Source of the DNA: a virus | Lineage: Duplodnaviria > Caudoviricetes | IMG/VR virus record: IMGVR_UViG_3300025913_000019 | Length of the DNA stretch: 64,000 nt | Reading direction: 5' to 3' (one strand) | Part shown: piece by piece, positions 55,136 through 64,000 of the stretch | Numbering within the stretch: the first letter of the stretch is position 1 | Layout: every line of letters begins with the position of its first letter | Translations under genes and position numbers: made by a program | The notes under the pieces: model-generated | Databases searched by the model: none | The model's input: only the letters and a program-made list of their open reading frames with translations | Told to the model about the DNA's origin: nothing

Positions 55136-55510
55136 TCACCACCTCATTCGGTAGACGCGTCCACCGTATTCGTTGGTGGACACGAAGTGTCCGGTCTTGA
55201 TGTACTGTCGAGGTCCGGAGCTCGTGTCCTCGGGTTCGGACTCCGGTTCAGGCTCCGGCCTCGGAGGCGGCTCCGGCGGATCACCCGGTTCGAGGAATCG
55301 CACGTCAGCATCCGTAGGGCTGGGCCGCTTATGCTGCCGTGCCACATCGAACTTGTTGTACGACGGACGGTCGATGAAGCGCAGGCCAAGCGTGAAATGG
55401 ACATGACCCTCGTCACACCGACGCTTGCGAGCCTCGAAGCGGGTCTCTTTCGTCTTCAGGGGCAGACCGCAGTCAGGACAGTCTTGTCTCAGGATCGGCT
55501 TCAGATACAT
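55136..55510 (-). CDS. Zinc-ribbon protein with Pro/Glu-rich linker
   Basis: CPDCG...CDEGH; PEPPPRPEPEPESEPE. Confidence 0.5.
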   Translation of the reverse strand: MYLKPILRQDCPDCGLPLKTKETRFEARKRRCDEGHVHFTLGLRFIDRPSYNKFDVARQHKRPSPTDADVRFLEPGDPPEPPPRPEPEPESEPEDTSSGPRQYIKTGHFVSTNEYGGRVYRMRW

Positions 55511-56484
55511 AGCGCTCTCAGCTGCTTCACTTTCTTCATGGGCATGTTGCCCGGGTCCCACAGGTCGACGCCCGCGGCCTTTGCTGCCTTGGTAGGCTCT
55601 TCCTCGTCACGGTACGGCCAGTACGGGCTGTCCTTGCCACAGAGATCGAAGACCACGACCTTCACCATCGTCTCGAGCGTCGGCTGTGCCAGCTCCGTTG
55701 CCTTGATGCCCGCGTCATCTCCGTCAAATGCTAGGACGATGCGTTCAGCGCCGGTCATCTCGATCAGTTGGCTCTTGCGTGTCGACCACGACTGCGTGCC
55801 CAGGATCGAGATGGCTGGGATGCCCAGCGTCTGCAAGCGCAGAGCATCGCGCGGGCCTTCGCACAGCACGATGGTCTTGAGGCCGAGCTTATTCATCAAT
55901 GCTACGGCCTGGTCGTAGAGGAATAGCCCGTAGTCATGCGACCAGCCACCACGCGAGTTCAGATAGCTGGGCTTCCCGTTCTTGTCCTTGCGTGTCCGTG
56001 CACGGATGTAGCCCCTGAGCTCACCCTTGACCATGACCGGGAAGTAGAGCATCTTGGCGCTCCTGATCCCGTCGTCGTAGATCGCACGGCACATGCGTGC
56101 CTTCACAACTTCGAGCAGGAAGTCGGTCTTGATCTCTCGCCAGACCTTGCCTGCGGGCAGCGGATAGAAGACGAGCTTGACCTCGCCGGGGTCCTGCCTG
56201 CGTTCGCGCAGGGTGTGGGCATACTGCTCGCTGGGCGGTGCCCACTTGTAGGCCTTGAGGCCGAGCATCGGCGCTACTTCATCCCAAGGCGCAGTCTTGC
56301 CACAGCCATAGCACTTGAAGAAGCCGGGACTCTTGGTCGACTGCGAGTGGAAGATGCGTCCACTCGGTGTGTTCTCGGAGTGGAACGGACACGAGACGAA
56401 CGTGGTGTCACCAGACCCACGCTTCTTCGGACCAGAGTAGTGGCCGAGCTCTCGGATCACGTGCTCCAGTTTACGACTGTCCAT
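55501..56484 (-). CDS. dnaG: DnaG-like primase
   Basis: CHC2 finger CPFH.ENTPS...CYGCG; TOPRIM LCEGPRDA and AFDGDDAG. Confidence 0.92.
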   Translation of the reverse strand: MDSRKLEHVIRELGHYSGPKKRGSGDTTFVSCPFHSENTPSGRIFHSQSTKSPGFFKCYGCGKTAPWDEVAPMLGLKAYKWAPPSEQYAHTLRERRQDPGEVKLVFYPLPAGKVWREIKTDFLLEVVKARMCRAIYDDGIRSAKMLYFPVMVKGELRGYIRARTRKDKNGKPSYLNSRGGWSHDYGLFLYDQAVALMNKLGLKTIVLCEGPRDALRLQTLGIPAISILGTQSWSTRKSQLIEMTGAERIVLAFDGDDAGIKATELAQPTLETMVKVVVFDLCGKDSPYWPYRDEEEPTKAAKAAGVDLWDPGNMPMKKVKQLRALCI

Positions 56485-56486
56485 CG

Positions 56487-57143
56487 TCAGAGTTCCATGG
56501 GTTGGCCGAACAGCCTGCGCTCCAGAGCATTGAAGGGCTGGAGCGCATTGAAGTCGGTGCGCTTGATCCACGTCCACCACTGCGCGCAGATGCGCTCTTG
56601 CGGTAGGAACAAGGTGTCGTACGCCAGGGTTGGAAAGCGGTAGAACAGATACCGCAGAGGGTCGGAGTCGGATACCAGCAGCTGCTGGATGTCCTTCAGG
56701 TCGGTTGACCACGCGAGGTAGGAGCCCTTGTGCTTCAGGTCGTGCAGACCGTAGAAGTGAATGGGCGTCTCACCGGCAAGGAAGGCAAGGCTTCGATGCG
56801 TCGAGGTGGAGACATTATTTACAACACCGATGAAGTCGGGTTGCAATGCTCCGAGCACGTGACGCAACTTCTCCCTGTAGTTCTGACCATCGGTCGAGTC
56901 GATGATGGACATCATGTCCCGGAAGTCGGGATGTCCACGGGCCGGCAGCCACTGAGCGCCGTGGTTGAAGAACAGCTGCACCTGCTTGTCCCGCGATGGG
57001 ATCGACAGCGTGTGGGTCTCAAGGTCGGTGTCCATCTTCCACCGACCTCGTTTCGGACCCACGCCCTCACCTTCATACTGCGTGAAGTGAGGGAACACGA
57101 CCTCTTGCCCTCCACCGAGGGCCATGTAGCCTCTGAGCTTCAT
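56487..57143 (-). CDS. Hypothetical protein, weak Ntn/GATase-II resemblance
   Basis: 218 aa; FFNHG and AWSTD weakly recall HNG/FASE; no N-terminal Cys. Confidence 0.5.
   Translation of the reverse strand: MKLRGYMALGGGQEVVFPHFTQYEGEGVGPKRGRWKMDTDLETHTLSIPSRDKQVQLFFNHGAQWLPARGHPDFRDMMSIIDSTDGQNYREKLRHVLGALQPDFIGVVNNVSTSTHRSLAFLAGETPIHFYGLHDLKHKGSYLAWSTDLKDIQQLLVSDSDPLRYLFYRFPTLAYDTLFLPQERICAQWWTWIKRTDFNALQPFNALERRLFGQPMEL
56816..56822 (-). promoter_or_regulatory. Candidate internal GTAAATA promoter for primase
   Basis: In CDS using rare GTA AAT AAT codons; about 330 nt upstream of primase. Confidence 0.4.
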
Positions 57144-57661
57144 GTCTTGCGCGCGCCAACGAGGGCGCGTCCTTTCTCTGTGAGTGCGAAGTCACCGCGG
57201 CAGTTGCAGGCACAGCCATCAATGAGACCGCGGGCAATGAGCGACCTCATCTTTGCGAGCACGAGCTTGGGTGGCGTCTTGTCCCCTTGAGGAAAGGCTG
57301 GCGTCACCGAGTTCTCGAAGCCCGGCCACGGACAGCCTTGGCGTTGGACATGGAACAGACCGGCGACCTTCCAGTTGGGGAGATCGCGCAGGAGTTCGAG
57401 GATCGGCAGGTCGGGGATGTCCTTGCACTGCAAGCGCTTGGGGATCGACGATGCCTCACGGACAACGATACCCTGGGCCTCACAACCTGGAGGCAGCTTC
57501 GTCGCTCCGTAGAGAGCACCCAGCTCGCTCGTCATCATGAGCGCGTGCTTGGAGACGGGGTCGGCGATGGGGACGACGGGCTGCGGCTTGAGAGGCCAGC
57601 GGATCGTCCACATGCCGTAGTAGTGCTTGTCGGTCCGACGCTTGATGGCTCGGAGCTTCAT
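57140..57661 (-). CDS. Hypothetical phage protein
   Basis: ATG overlaps polymerase stop; CKDIPD...GC.CNCRGDF.LT.KG. Confidence 0.6.
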   Translation of the reverse strand: MKLRAIKRRTDKHYYGMWTIRWPLKPQPVVPIADPVSKHALMMTSELGALYGATKLPPGCEAQGIVVREASSIPKRLQCKDIPDLPILELLRDLPNWKVAGLFHVQRQGCPWPGFENSVTPAFPQGDKTPPKLVLAKMRSLIARGLIDGCACNCRGDFALTEKGRALVGARKT

Positions 57662-60600
57662 GCTGCTTCCTTCTCTTTCGGTTTGGCCTTCGCGCGCTTG
57701 CGGTAGTCCTTGTCGAAGACGGCCAGCGCTTCCTTGATCTCGGCTTCGAGGTCGACGCCCAGGTACGGGAAGCGCTTGTTCAAGAACGCGAGGCACTCGT
57801 CGCTCCGGTATGGCTGGAGGATCTGCTTCATGATCTCGTCCTTCGACTCGGTCAGGTAGCCAGCCTTCACGCCATCGTCGACCGCGGCCTCGATGTGGGC
57901 GAAGAGCTCAGGCAGAGCCCAGCCCCACTTACGGCTCTTCGTGTCCTGGACGCCGATTTCCATTTCGATCTCGGGCTCGACCGTGAACTCGAGATCGAAC
58001 TCGTCCTTGTAGGCCTTGGTCACGCCGTAGGTCGCATCGTACTGGAGGATGTGCATGAACGGCAGCACCATCGAGTACGGCACCGTGAAGTACGATGCGT
58101 CGTGGACGATGCGGTTGAACCTGACCGGGAACTTCGCCTTGGCGTCGAGACCGATCATGGCCTTGAGCTTCGGCTGCAACCGGTAGTAGTTCATCATGAC
58201 CAGACGACTGCCCTTGACCGCGACCTCGGATGCGAAGCCTTGAATCGGCGCGTTCATACCACGACGCACCTGGCGGCTCACGATCTGGCGATCCTTGGTG
58301 AGGGAGGCCCACAGGTGACGGATGCGATAGATCGGGCTGTAGACGTGCTGCTCGTTCTCCGCCTTGTCACTCATGCGCTGCAGCCACTTGTGACCCATCT
58401 TGAACGCCGAGAACATCTTGTCGATGATGTTCTGCGCGTAGTCCTCGCGGTCGTCCTCCATGAGCGCGCGGTACTGCTCTTCGAGATCAGCCAGCTCCTT
58501 CTTGTTGCCGGCCTTGTAGGCGACGCCCATCTTCTCCTTCAGCGCATCGAACTCGGCCTTCTTCGTGTCGTGCCCGAGGGTCGATGCCGACTTGCCGTAG
58601 ATGGTACCGAAGACGACGGCCTTGATGGCGTCGCGCAGTGGGTCCGACTTCTCGACCCACTTGTTGAAGAACCGGTAGACGTTCTGGATGTGGACGTCGC
58701 CTTCCTTCTTCAAGCGCGTGGCGATGTCGTCGGTCTCGATCACGCGCTTCAGCAACGTGATGCGAGCCTTGTCCTTGCACTTCTTGAGCTCGGCCTCGTA
58801 GGTCTCGCGGATCTCCTTCGCCATCGGCAGCTTGATGGGCTCGCCCTTCGAGTTGACGAGGATCATCGGCGGATGCTTCTTGATCCAGGCTTGGCGCAGA
58901 CCCTGGCCGACCTTGAACGTCGCCGCCAGGATCTTGTCGAGCGCAACGATAGACCAGCCACGTACCTCGTGCGCCGAGTAGTCGAACCGGATCTGGAGAT
59001 GACCATCGGCAGTGATGAACATTTCCTTGATGATCTTCGACAGCTTGCCGCGAGTCGGGATGTTCTGGAGATTGGGATTTCGGCTTGCGAGTCGACCCGT
59101 GTCGACATCGAAGAACACGATGTCGGAGCGGAGGTGATCGTCGAACAGGCCGTCGATCGCCTTCAGCAGCTTGAGCCATCCCTTGACGTTGGTGCCCAGC
59201 ATCTTCGACGCCGCGGTGTACTCGCCGAACTTGGCAACCAGGAAGTTCCGATCCTTGTAGGTCTCGATGAACTCCTTGTCGACCGAGGGCTCCCCCTTCT
59301 CGGTCTTGTTGATGGCCTCCATGCCCATGACATCGAAGAACAGCTTGGCCTTGTGCTTCGGCTTCGTGAACGAGAATGTCCAGGCAGCGTTGCCGGAACC
59401 GAACAGGCCGCCGGTCTTGAAGCCGGCCTCGGCCAGCAGTTGCTTGTTCGCTTCCTTGACTTCGGGGAAGGTCTTGAACTCGTCGCCCAGTTCTGCGATG
59501 GCCTTGACCAGCACCGAGTCGGGATGCAGGAGCGAGCGCAGGTACTTGCGGTTGACGAGCGAGCCAGCTTCCTTCAGGTGGGACAGCTGGTGGATCGTGT
59601 CGCTCATCTGACACAGCATGTGGCGGATGAAGAGCGGCCGATAGTTCTTGCCGTCGACGGTCTGGAAGCCCGCGCGCTCGATCTGCGAACGCTTGATGCC
59701 GAGCATCGAGACCGTGTCCATTGCGGCGTACCGCAGGAAGTCCTTGTCCTTCGGACTCACGTTCGCGACCGTGGCTCGATCTTCCTTCGTGAACCCGGAC
59801 TCGAGCAGATAGAAGTCGTTGCCGTAGGAGGCGAAGACACCGGCCAGGCCGTTGGCGCTCATGCGCTTCTTGCCCACGCCGTCGCCGTAGACGCCCACGT
59901 ACTTGAGACTCGAGCAGTTCTCGTCGAGGTTGTGCTCGCCTGCCATGCACTCCCAAATGGGCATGCCGATGATGTCGAGGTGCAGCGCCTTGCGAATGAC
60001 GCGCAGGTCGAAGGCACCGTTGAAGCAGATCATGAGGCACTTGCGCTTCATGTCGCCGAACCTGTGCTTGAGCTCGCGCTTGATGTACTTCCGTTCGTCG
60101 ATCGAGAACGGGTTGTCCGCGTGCGGGTGGTCGATGGGCAGGACGTAACCCTTATTGGGGCTGTGGTCGAACGTCATCTGCATCGTGAAGATGCGGTTCT
60201 TGTTCACCGTCAGGTTCTTGGTCTCGGTGTCGAGCCCGAACTCGCCGCCACGATCAGCCACCGCATCCCACTCGACCATCATCTGGTCGAACTTCTTGAT
60301 CGTGTCGACCAGGACCGGCTTGACTTCGAGGCCCGCCAGGCTATGCGGCAACGTGCCGACGAGCAGGTTGGCGAGGTGCTGGCACCAGAAGCCCAGCAGG
60401 TTGGCGTAGAGCCCGACCTTCTCCAGCAGCCGGCTGAAGTCGACGGTCGACACGACCTTGCGTCCGTCGATCTCGTGCACCCAGCCGTTCTTCAGCTGAG
60501 CATGCTTGATGCTCGGGTACAGCTTCTGCACGTCCCCGCTGAAGAGGATGTGCGTCGGGTTGAGCTTCTTGATGATGGTCTGGAGCCTGGCCTTGAACTC

Positions 60601-60921
60601 CGACTCGGCTTCGGCCTTCGCCTGGTCCTTGAGGTGGAGGTGCCGACGTGCGTTGTAGTTGACGACGGCCCACCCGAAGTCGGGTAGATTCGAGTTGCGA
60701 AGGCGAGCCATTTTGCGTGCCATCTTCACCGATTCGACGAAGGCGGTACGTGTCTGCTTCGACGCCAGCAGTCCCTCTTCCTTGAGGTCGCGGCTGTCGA
60801 CCGTCTGCAGCACGACCAGAACGCGACGCTTCTGGTTGCTGTAGTTGGGGTCGATGGGGAGGGTCAGGTTCCAGTCGTGCGGGTTGGTACCTGACTTGTA
60901 GGTGATCGTCTTCTCAAGCAT
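57658..60921 (-). CDS. polA: Family A DNA polymerase with 3'-5' exonuclease and extra N-terminal domain
   Basis: Exo DTET, FNGAFD, YAAMD; TGRLAS.NPNLQN; motif A DYSAHE, B R...K...FG..YG, C VHD. Confidence 0.95.
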   Translation of the reverse strand: MLEKTITYKSGTNPHDWNLTLPIDPNYSNQKRRVLVVLQTVDSRDLKEEGLLASKQTRTAFVESVKMARKMARLRNSNLPDFGWAVVNYNARRHLHLKDQAKAEAESEFKARLQTIIKKLNPTHILFSGDVQKLYPSIKHAQLKNGWVHEIDGRKVVSTVDFSRLLEKVGLYANLLGFWCQHLANLLVGTLPHSLAGLEVKPVLVDTIKKFDQMMVEWDAVADRGGEFGLDTETKNLTVNKNRIFTMQMTFDHSPNKGYVLPIDHPHADNPFSIDERKYIKRELKHRFGDMKRKCLMICFNGAFDLRVIRKALHLDIIGMPIWECMAGEHNLDENCSSLKYVGVYGDGVGKKRMSANGLAGVFASYGNDFYLLESGFTKEDRATVANVSPKDKDFLRYAAMDTVSMLGIKRSQIERAGFQTVDGKNYRPLFIRHMLCQMSDTIHQLSHLKEAGSLVNRKYLRSLLHPDSVLVKAIAELGDEFKTFPEVKEANKQLLAEAGFKTGGLFGSGNAAWTFSFTKPKHKAKLFFDVMGMEAINKTEKGEPSVDKEFIETYKDRNFLVAKFGEYTAASKMLGTNVKGWLKLLKAIDGLFDDHLRSDIVFFDVDTGRLASRNPNLQNIPTRGKLSKIIKEMFITADGHLQIRFDYSAHEVRGWSIVALDKILAATFKVGQGLRQAWIKKHPPMILVNSKGEPIKLPMAKEIRETYEAELKKCKDKARITLLKRVIETDDIATRLKKEGDVHIQNVYRFFNKWVEKSDPLRDAIKAVVFGTIYGKSASTLGHDTKKAEFDALKEKMGVAYKAGNKKELADLEEQYRALMEDDREDYAQNIIDKMFSAFKMGHKWLQRMSDKAENEQHVYSPIYRIRHLWASLTKDRQIVSRQVRRGMNAPIQGFASEVAVKGSRLVMMNYYRLQPKLKAMIGLDAKAKFPVRFNRIVHDASYFTVPYSMVLPFMHILQYDATYGVTKAYKDEFDLEFTVEPEIEMEIGVQDTKSRKWGWALPELFAHIEAAVDDGVKAGYLTESKDEIMKQILQPYRSDECLAFLNKRFPYLGVDLEAEIKEALAVFDKDYRKRAKAKPKEKEAA

Positions 60922-60942
60922 CGGTGATCCTTTGTGTCCCTC

Positions 60943-60949
60943 TATTTAC
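60943..60949 (-). promoter_or_regulatory. Candidate middle promoter GTAAATA
   Basis: 22 nt upstream of polymerase ATG; overlaps upstream TAA. Confidence 0.55.
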
Positions 60950-61161
60950 AGCACCGACCGAAGTTTAATCATGAAGCGACCCACCTGATCTTCCGTCGGA
61001 TGGCCCTTGAGTCCGACGTGAGCGCAGAACTCCTGGACCGTCATCTCGTTCGTGGTCGACATGCATTCGCCGGTCTGACGATGTTGCCAGTAGCACTTCC
61101 CGGCTTCAAGCGGACACTTCGAGACCACGAGCTCTTTGTTCACAGCGACGCAGTGAGTCAT
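60946..61161 (-). CDS. Small Cys-rich protein
   Basis: 71 aa; ATG overlaps upstream stop; GGAG SD. Confidence 0.55.
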   Translation of the reverse strand: MTHCVAVNKELVVSKCPLEAGKCYWQHRQTGECMSTTNEMTVQEFCAHVGLKGHPTEDQVGRFMIKLRSVL

Positions 61162-61436
61162 GCTCCCTGTCCCTTCTTCGACATCAGTGACGCAACCTCG
61201 GCCCTGAGTTCCTCGGTGCGGAGCTCGAAGTTCGCAAGCTGCACGCGCTTCTCGGCCAGCGTAGCTTCGTCGGCAGCCATGCGAGTCGGGTGCAGGTTGA
61301 TCCTTGACGCGTAGCGCGCGCCGGTGCCGTCCGGCTTCGAAACCAGGACGTTGATGCCGACGTTGATGACCTTGACTTCGGTTGCGGGCCATGCGCCCGA
61401 CTCGTAATAGGTGAAACCGGCTTTGAGGTCAGCCAT
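61158..61436 (-). CDS. Small hypothetical protein
   Basis: 92 aa; AAGGAG SD; C-terminal coiled coil. Confidence 0.55.
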   Translation of the reverse strand: MADLKAGFTYYESGAWPATEVKVINVGINVLVSKPDGTGARYASRINLHPTRMAADEATLAEKRVQLANFELRTEELRAEVASLMSKKGQGA

Positions 61437-61833
61437 GGCGCTGCTCCTTCGCGAACTTGATGATGTCGGGATGCTTGACCATCTCATCGTGGAGGCTGGT
61501 TGGCATCAGTGTGGTGATGAGTGGGCCGCCCGGACCCGACGGAGCCTTGATCTCGGTCATGCCATCGTCGTAATGGGTGACCGAGCCTCGCTCTTGGTCG
61601 AGGTCACGTGGCTGACCCAGGTACTTGATGGCCACGAGTTCATTGGGCTGCCGGTAGAACATGTTGCCGTCACCGCGCGCCAGGTTCGGGCTCGTGTTGA
61701 AGTGGAGCAGTGCCGAGTGCGGGTAGTCGAAGGCGAAGCCGGCCATGATGTAGGAGCAGGCAGCATCGTGATCGGCTTGCGCGCGCTTCAGGGCCTCCAC
61801 CACTTGGTTCTCGTGGCGTTGCTTGCGGCTCAT
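61429..61833 (-). CDS. Hypothetical protein
   Basis: 134 aa; overlapping start/stop chain. Confidence 0.6.
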   Translation of the reverse strand: MSRKQRHENQVVEALKRAQADHDAACSYIMAGFAFDYPHSALLHFNTSPNLARGDGNMFYRQPNELVAIKYLGQPRDLDQERGSVTHYDDGMTEIKAPSGPGGPLITTLMPTSLHDEMVKHPDIIKFAKEQRHG

Positions 61834-62348
61834 TGCTTCAGCTCCTTGGCGATGTCATCCAGCAGTTGACGTGCGAGTTCAGCGTCGCCGACCGACGGAC
61901 ACGTGATGGTCGCGTGCTTCAGGAGATGGATCACCGATGCCATCTTGGAGACGATACCGGGGTTGAGCTCGAGCTTGACCGGCGAGTCGATCCAGCCGAC
62001 GCCGTTGACGAAGACCTGCCCGCTCTTGCCCAGCTGCGATCCCATCGTGATGACGTCACCGCTGGCCACGGCAGTGCTCGGGTCGACGCCACCGATCACG
62101 GTTCTGACCTTGCCCGTGATCTGGCCCTTCTCGTCCATATTGATCTCGGAGATCGCGAGCTCCCTCGGTTTCATGTCGTCCTCGGTCAGGTACCGGAGGA
62201 TCTTCGGCTGGCAGCACGCCATGATGTGCATGACACCGGGGATGCGATGGCAGTCGCACCTGCAGTCTTCGCCGAACGAGTCGACACCTTGCGTCGGCAG
62301 CGACTGTCCGGTACGGAACGGGTCTTGACCCGGATCACAGAATGTCAT
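61830..62348 (-). CDS. Hypothetical protein
   Basis: 172 aa; N-terminal CRCDCH...HIMACC; GGAG SD. Confidence 0.6.
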   Translation of the reverse strand: MTFCDPGQDPFRTGQSLPTQGVDSFGEDCRCDCHRIPGVMHIMACCQPKILRYLTEDDMKPRELAISEINMDEKGQITGKVRTVIGGVDPSTAVASGDVITMGSQLGKSGQVFVNGVGWIDSPVKLELNPGIVSKMASVIHLLKHATITCPSVGDAELARQLLDDIAKELKQ

Positions 62349-62357
62349 GATCGTCTC

Positions 62358-62807
62358 CTAGAAGTTGGGCTTGGTCAACGGCTCGCCGATACGCGCGTAG
62401 AGATTGCTGATCTCAGGATTCGAGCAGCGTTGCCTGGACAAGCGACGGTACAGCTGCTGCCAGAACTCGGCGCGATCGTGATGGTAGCGCAGCGGGATCG
62501 TGAACATGCGCGCGTAGAACCGCATGCCATGCTGGGCCTTGACGCGCATGAGCTCGTACTGACCGATGCGTTCCACGCTCATGGTCTTCGTGTACTCGCC
62601 GGTGGCCTTGATGTGATGATTCGGCATCCGGTACACGATGCAGCCGGGCCTGACGTGGAAGCCGATCATGGGGCCTGTCGACACTTCGTACCCCGTCCGG
62701 TACTCGATCAGTTGGCCGGTCTGGAAGTCGTGGACAAGGCTTATGAGCACGCCCTTGTCGCCGGCTTGCAGGTCTCGATGATCGTAGCTGATTGCCTTGC
62801 GTTTCAT
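62358..62807 (-). CDS. Hypothetical protein
   Basis: 149 aa; ATG overlaps nuclease stop. Confidence 0.55.
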   Translation of the reverse strand: MKRKAISYDHRDLQAGDKGVLISLVHDFQTGQLIEYRTGYEVSTGPMIGFHVRPGCIVYRMPNHHIKATGEYTKTMSVERIGQYELMRVKAQHGMRFYARMFTIPLRYHHDRAEFWQQLYRRLSRQRCSNPEISNLYARIGEPLTKPNF

Positions 62808-63826
62808 TGTCCTACTCCTGACAGGAGACGCTTGCGAAGTGCGAGCGTGCGTTGCTTCAGTTCGTCAGGCCGTGTCTGGTTCTCCAGCCATGCCTCGAAG
62901 AACTCGTCCGAGCTGACCTCGACGCTGCGGCCGCCACTGACCTCGCTGAAGTACTCGGCGACACGGGCCTGCATGGCTTCGACATCGGTCTTGGCGGCCA
63001 TGACCTTGACGACGTTGAGGTGCGCCCAGTCCTGCGCCTGCATCTTCGACGAGCGCACGATGAGCTTGACCAGGTGCTCCTTGCCCGTCGGCACGTTCTT
63101 GAGATCAGCCTTCGACTCGCACTCGATCGTGTGGAGGGTGTACGTGGGCTTGACCGGGATGAGCTCGACATCGAACCCATCGTCGTCCTTCACGACGGCG
63201 AAGAACTTGGATGCGTCCTCCCCGAAGTTCGTCTGATACAGGGTGCCGGGGTACACCGAGTTGCGCACGCGCTGGCTCGTGTGGATGTGACCGATCAAAG
63301 CGTGCGCCTTGCTGGTGTTGAGGCCCTCCTTGTCGTTGAGCCTGCCGCTGTCGGTCTTCGATCCTGCTACATCGATGTGCGCCAGGTTGAACCGCGACTT
63401 CGAGAACCTGGAGTGAGGCCACGGCAGGACTCGACACGGAATGCCGCCGATGTCACAGTCGGTGACCTCCGTGATGACCGTCACGTTGTCGAAGCCCCAC
63501 AGCTTCAGGACTTCGAGGCTGTGCCCGATGGCCGGATCTTCGGAGAACAGGTCGTGGTTGCCCAGGTAGAACCAGCAGTGGATGCCGTGCTTCTTCGCCT
63601 TGCGGATGATGTACGCCATCGCAAGCTGGGCGCTGTAAGAGAGGCGGGTCGACTCGCAGAGGTCGCCCAGGAACACGAGGTCACTGATCCCGTGCTTGAC
63701 CGCGTACCGCATGGGCTGGGATTCGACCAATCGAGCGACCATCATGTCGTGGTCTTCGATGTAGTTCGAGAGCCCGCCCTTGCCGGTGCTGTCGGTCAGG
63801 TGGAGGTCACCGATGCCGACGAACAT
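62804..63826 (-). CDS. SbcD/Mre11-like (T4 gp47-like) nuclease
   Basis: GDLH, GD, GNHD, GHIH, YPG..Q..FGE metallophosphoesterase motifs. Confidence 0.9.
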   Translation of the reverse strand: MFVGIGDLHLTDSTGKGGLSNYIEDHDMMVARLVESQPMRYAVKHGISDLVFLGDLCESTRLSYSAQLAMAYIIRKAKKHGIHCWFYLGNHDLFSEDPAIGHSLEVLKLWGFDNVTVITEVTDCDIGGIPCRVLPWPHSRFSKSRFNLAHIDVAGSKTDSGRLNDKEGLNTSKAHALIGHIHTSQRVRNSVYPGTLYQTNFGEDASKFFAVVKDDDGFDVELIPVKPTYTLHTIECESKADLKNVPTGKEHLVKLIVRSSKMQAQDWAHLNVVKVMAAKTDVEAMQARVAEYFSEVSGGRSVEVSSDEFFEAWLENQTRPDELKQRTLALRKRLLSGVGQ

Positions 63827-63828
63827 GG

Positions 63829-63999
63829 TCAGTGCGTCCCGGCCGCGTACTCTTGCATGATGCGACCGAGCGTCTCCGCGTCAGCCGGGTCACCGTAGCA
63901 GTCGGAGCCCAGGACTTCCATCTTGGTCACCAGCAGCAGCGGACCTTGCTTCTGGCCGCCGATCTGGCGATTGCCGCTGATGTCCTCCGGGCTGTAGAA
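63829..63999 (-). CDS. 3-prime end of a gene running off the window
   Basis: Open frame FYSPEDISG...EYAAGTH-stop just upstream of the nuclease start. Confidence 0.5.
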   Translation of the reverse strand, partial: FYSPEDISGNRQIGGQKQGPLLLVTKMEVLGSDCYGDPADAETLGRIMQEYAAGTH

Positions 64000-64000
64000 C

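Noticed and set aside
57140-57661. N-terminus MKLRAIKRR resembling the signal
   Set aside because: Lacks the R-L ending and lies in a replication operon; not counted.
58700-58900. Polymerase insertion as an intein or intron
   Set aside because: About 50 aa, in frame, with no intein splice residues or homing-nuclease motifs; none seen in DnaB or NrdA either.
1-64000. tRNA, rRNA, CRISPR arrays, integrase, transposase
   Set aside because: None recognised by eye; intergenic gaps are short. tRNAscan was not run.
1-64000. Assignment to a named jumbo-phage genus (RSL1/Lu11/PaBG-like by recollection of gene content)
   Set aside because: Cannot be verified without a search; portal and terminase are outside the window.

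Overview
A 64-kb segment of a large, GC-rich, contractile-tailed (myovirus) phage genome, not host chromosome. A plus-strand block (139-4454) encodes a DnaB-like helicase and a BCS1-like AAA+ ATPase. Everything else is on the minus strand. It includes a virion region (tail tube and sheath, major capsid, decoration, scaffold, prohead protease, SNF2 helicase, HNH), class Ia ribonucleotide reductase, and a late block of enzymes (SprT, NUDIX, kinase-like, Orn-like exonuclease, topoisomerase IB). It also includes DHFR/ThyA, a 7-deazaguanine cluster (queD, folE, queE, short queC-like, TGT/DpdA-like), primase, a family A polymerase and an SbcD-like nuclease. The most striking unexplained pattern is a peptide, [LI]-x-A-[KAE]-x-R-L, shared by 15 otherwise dissimilar proteins (14 N-terminal, 1 internal), all in virion-type blocks. 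I infer it is a capsid-targeting signal. Its carriers include a NUDIX hydrolase and an oligoribonuclease-like nuclease, which may be injected cargo. Two candidate promoter classes split by function: AATTT(T/C)AT(G) before virion blocks and GTAAATA mostly before replication/metabolism genes. Three intergenic hairpins in virion operons carry CUAG loops. All assignments come from motif reading by eye; no database searches were run.
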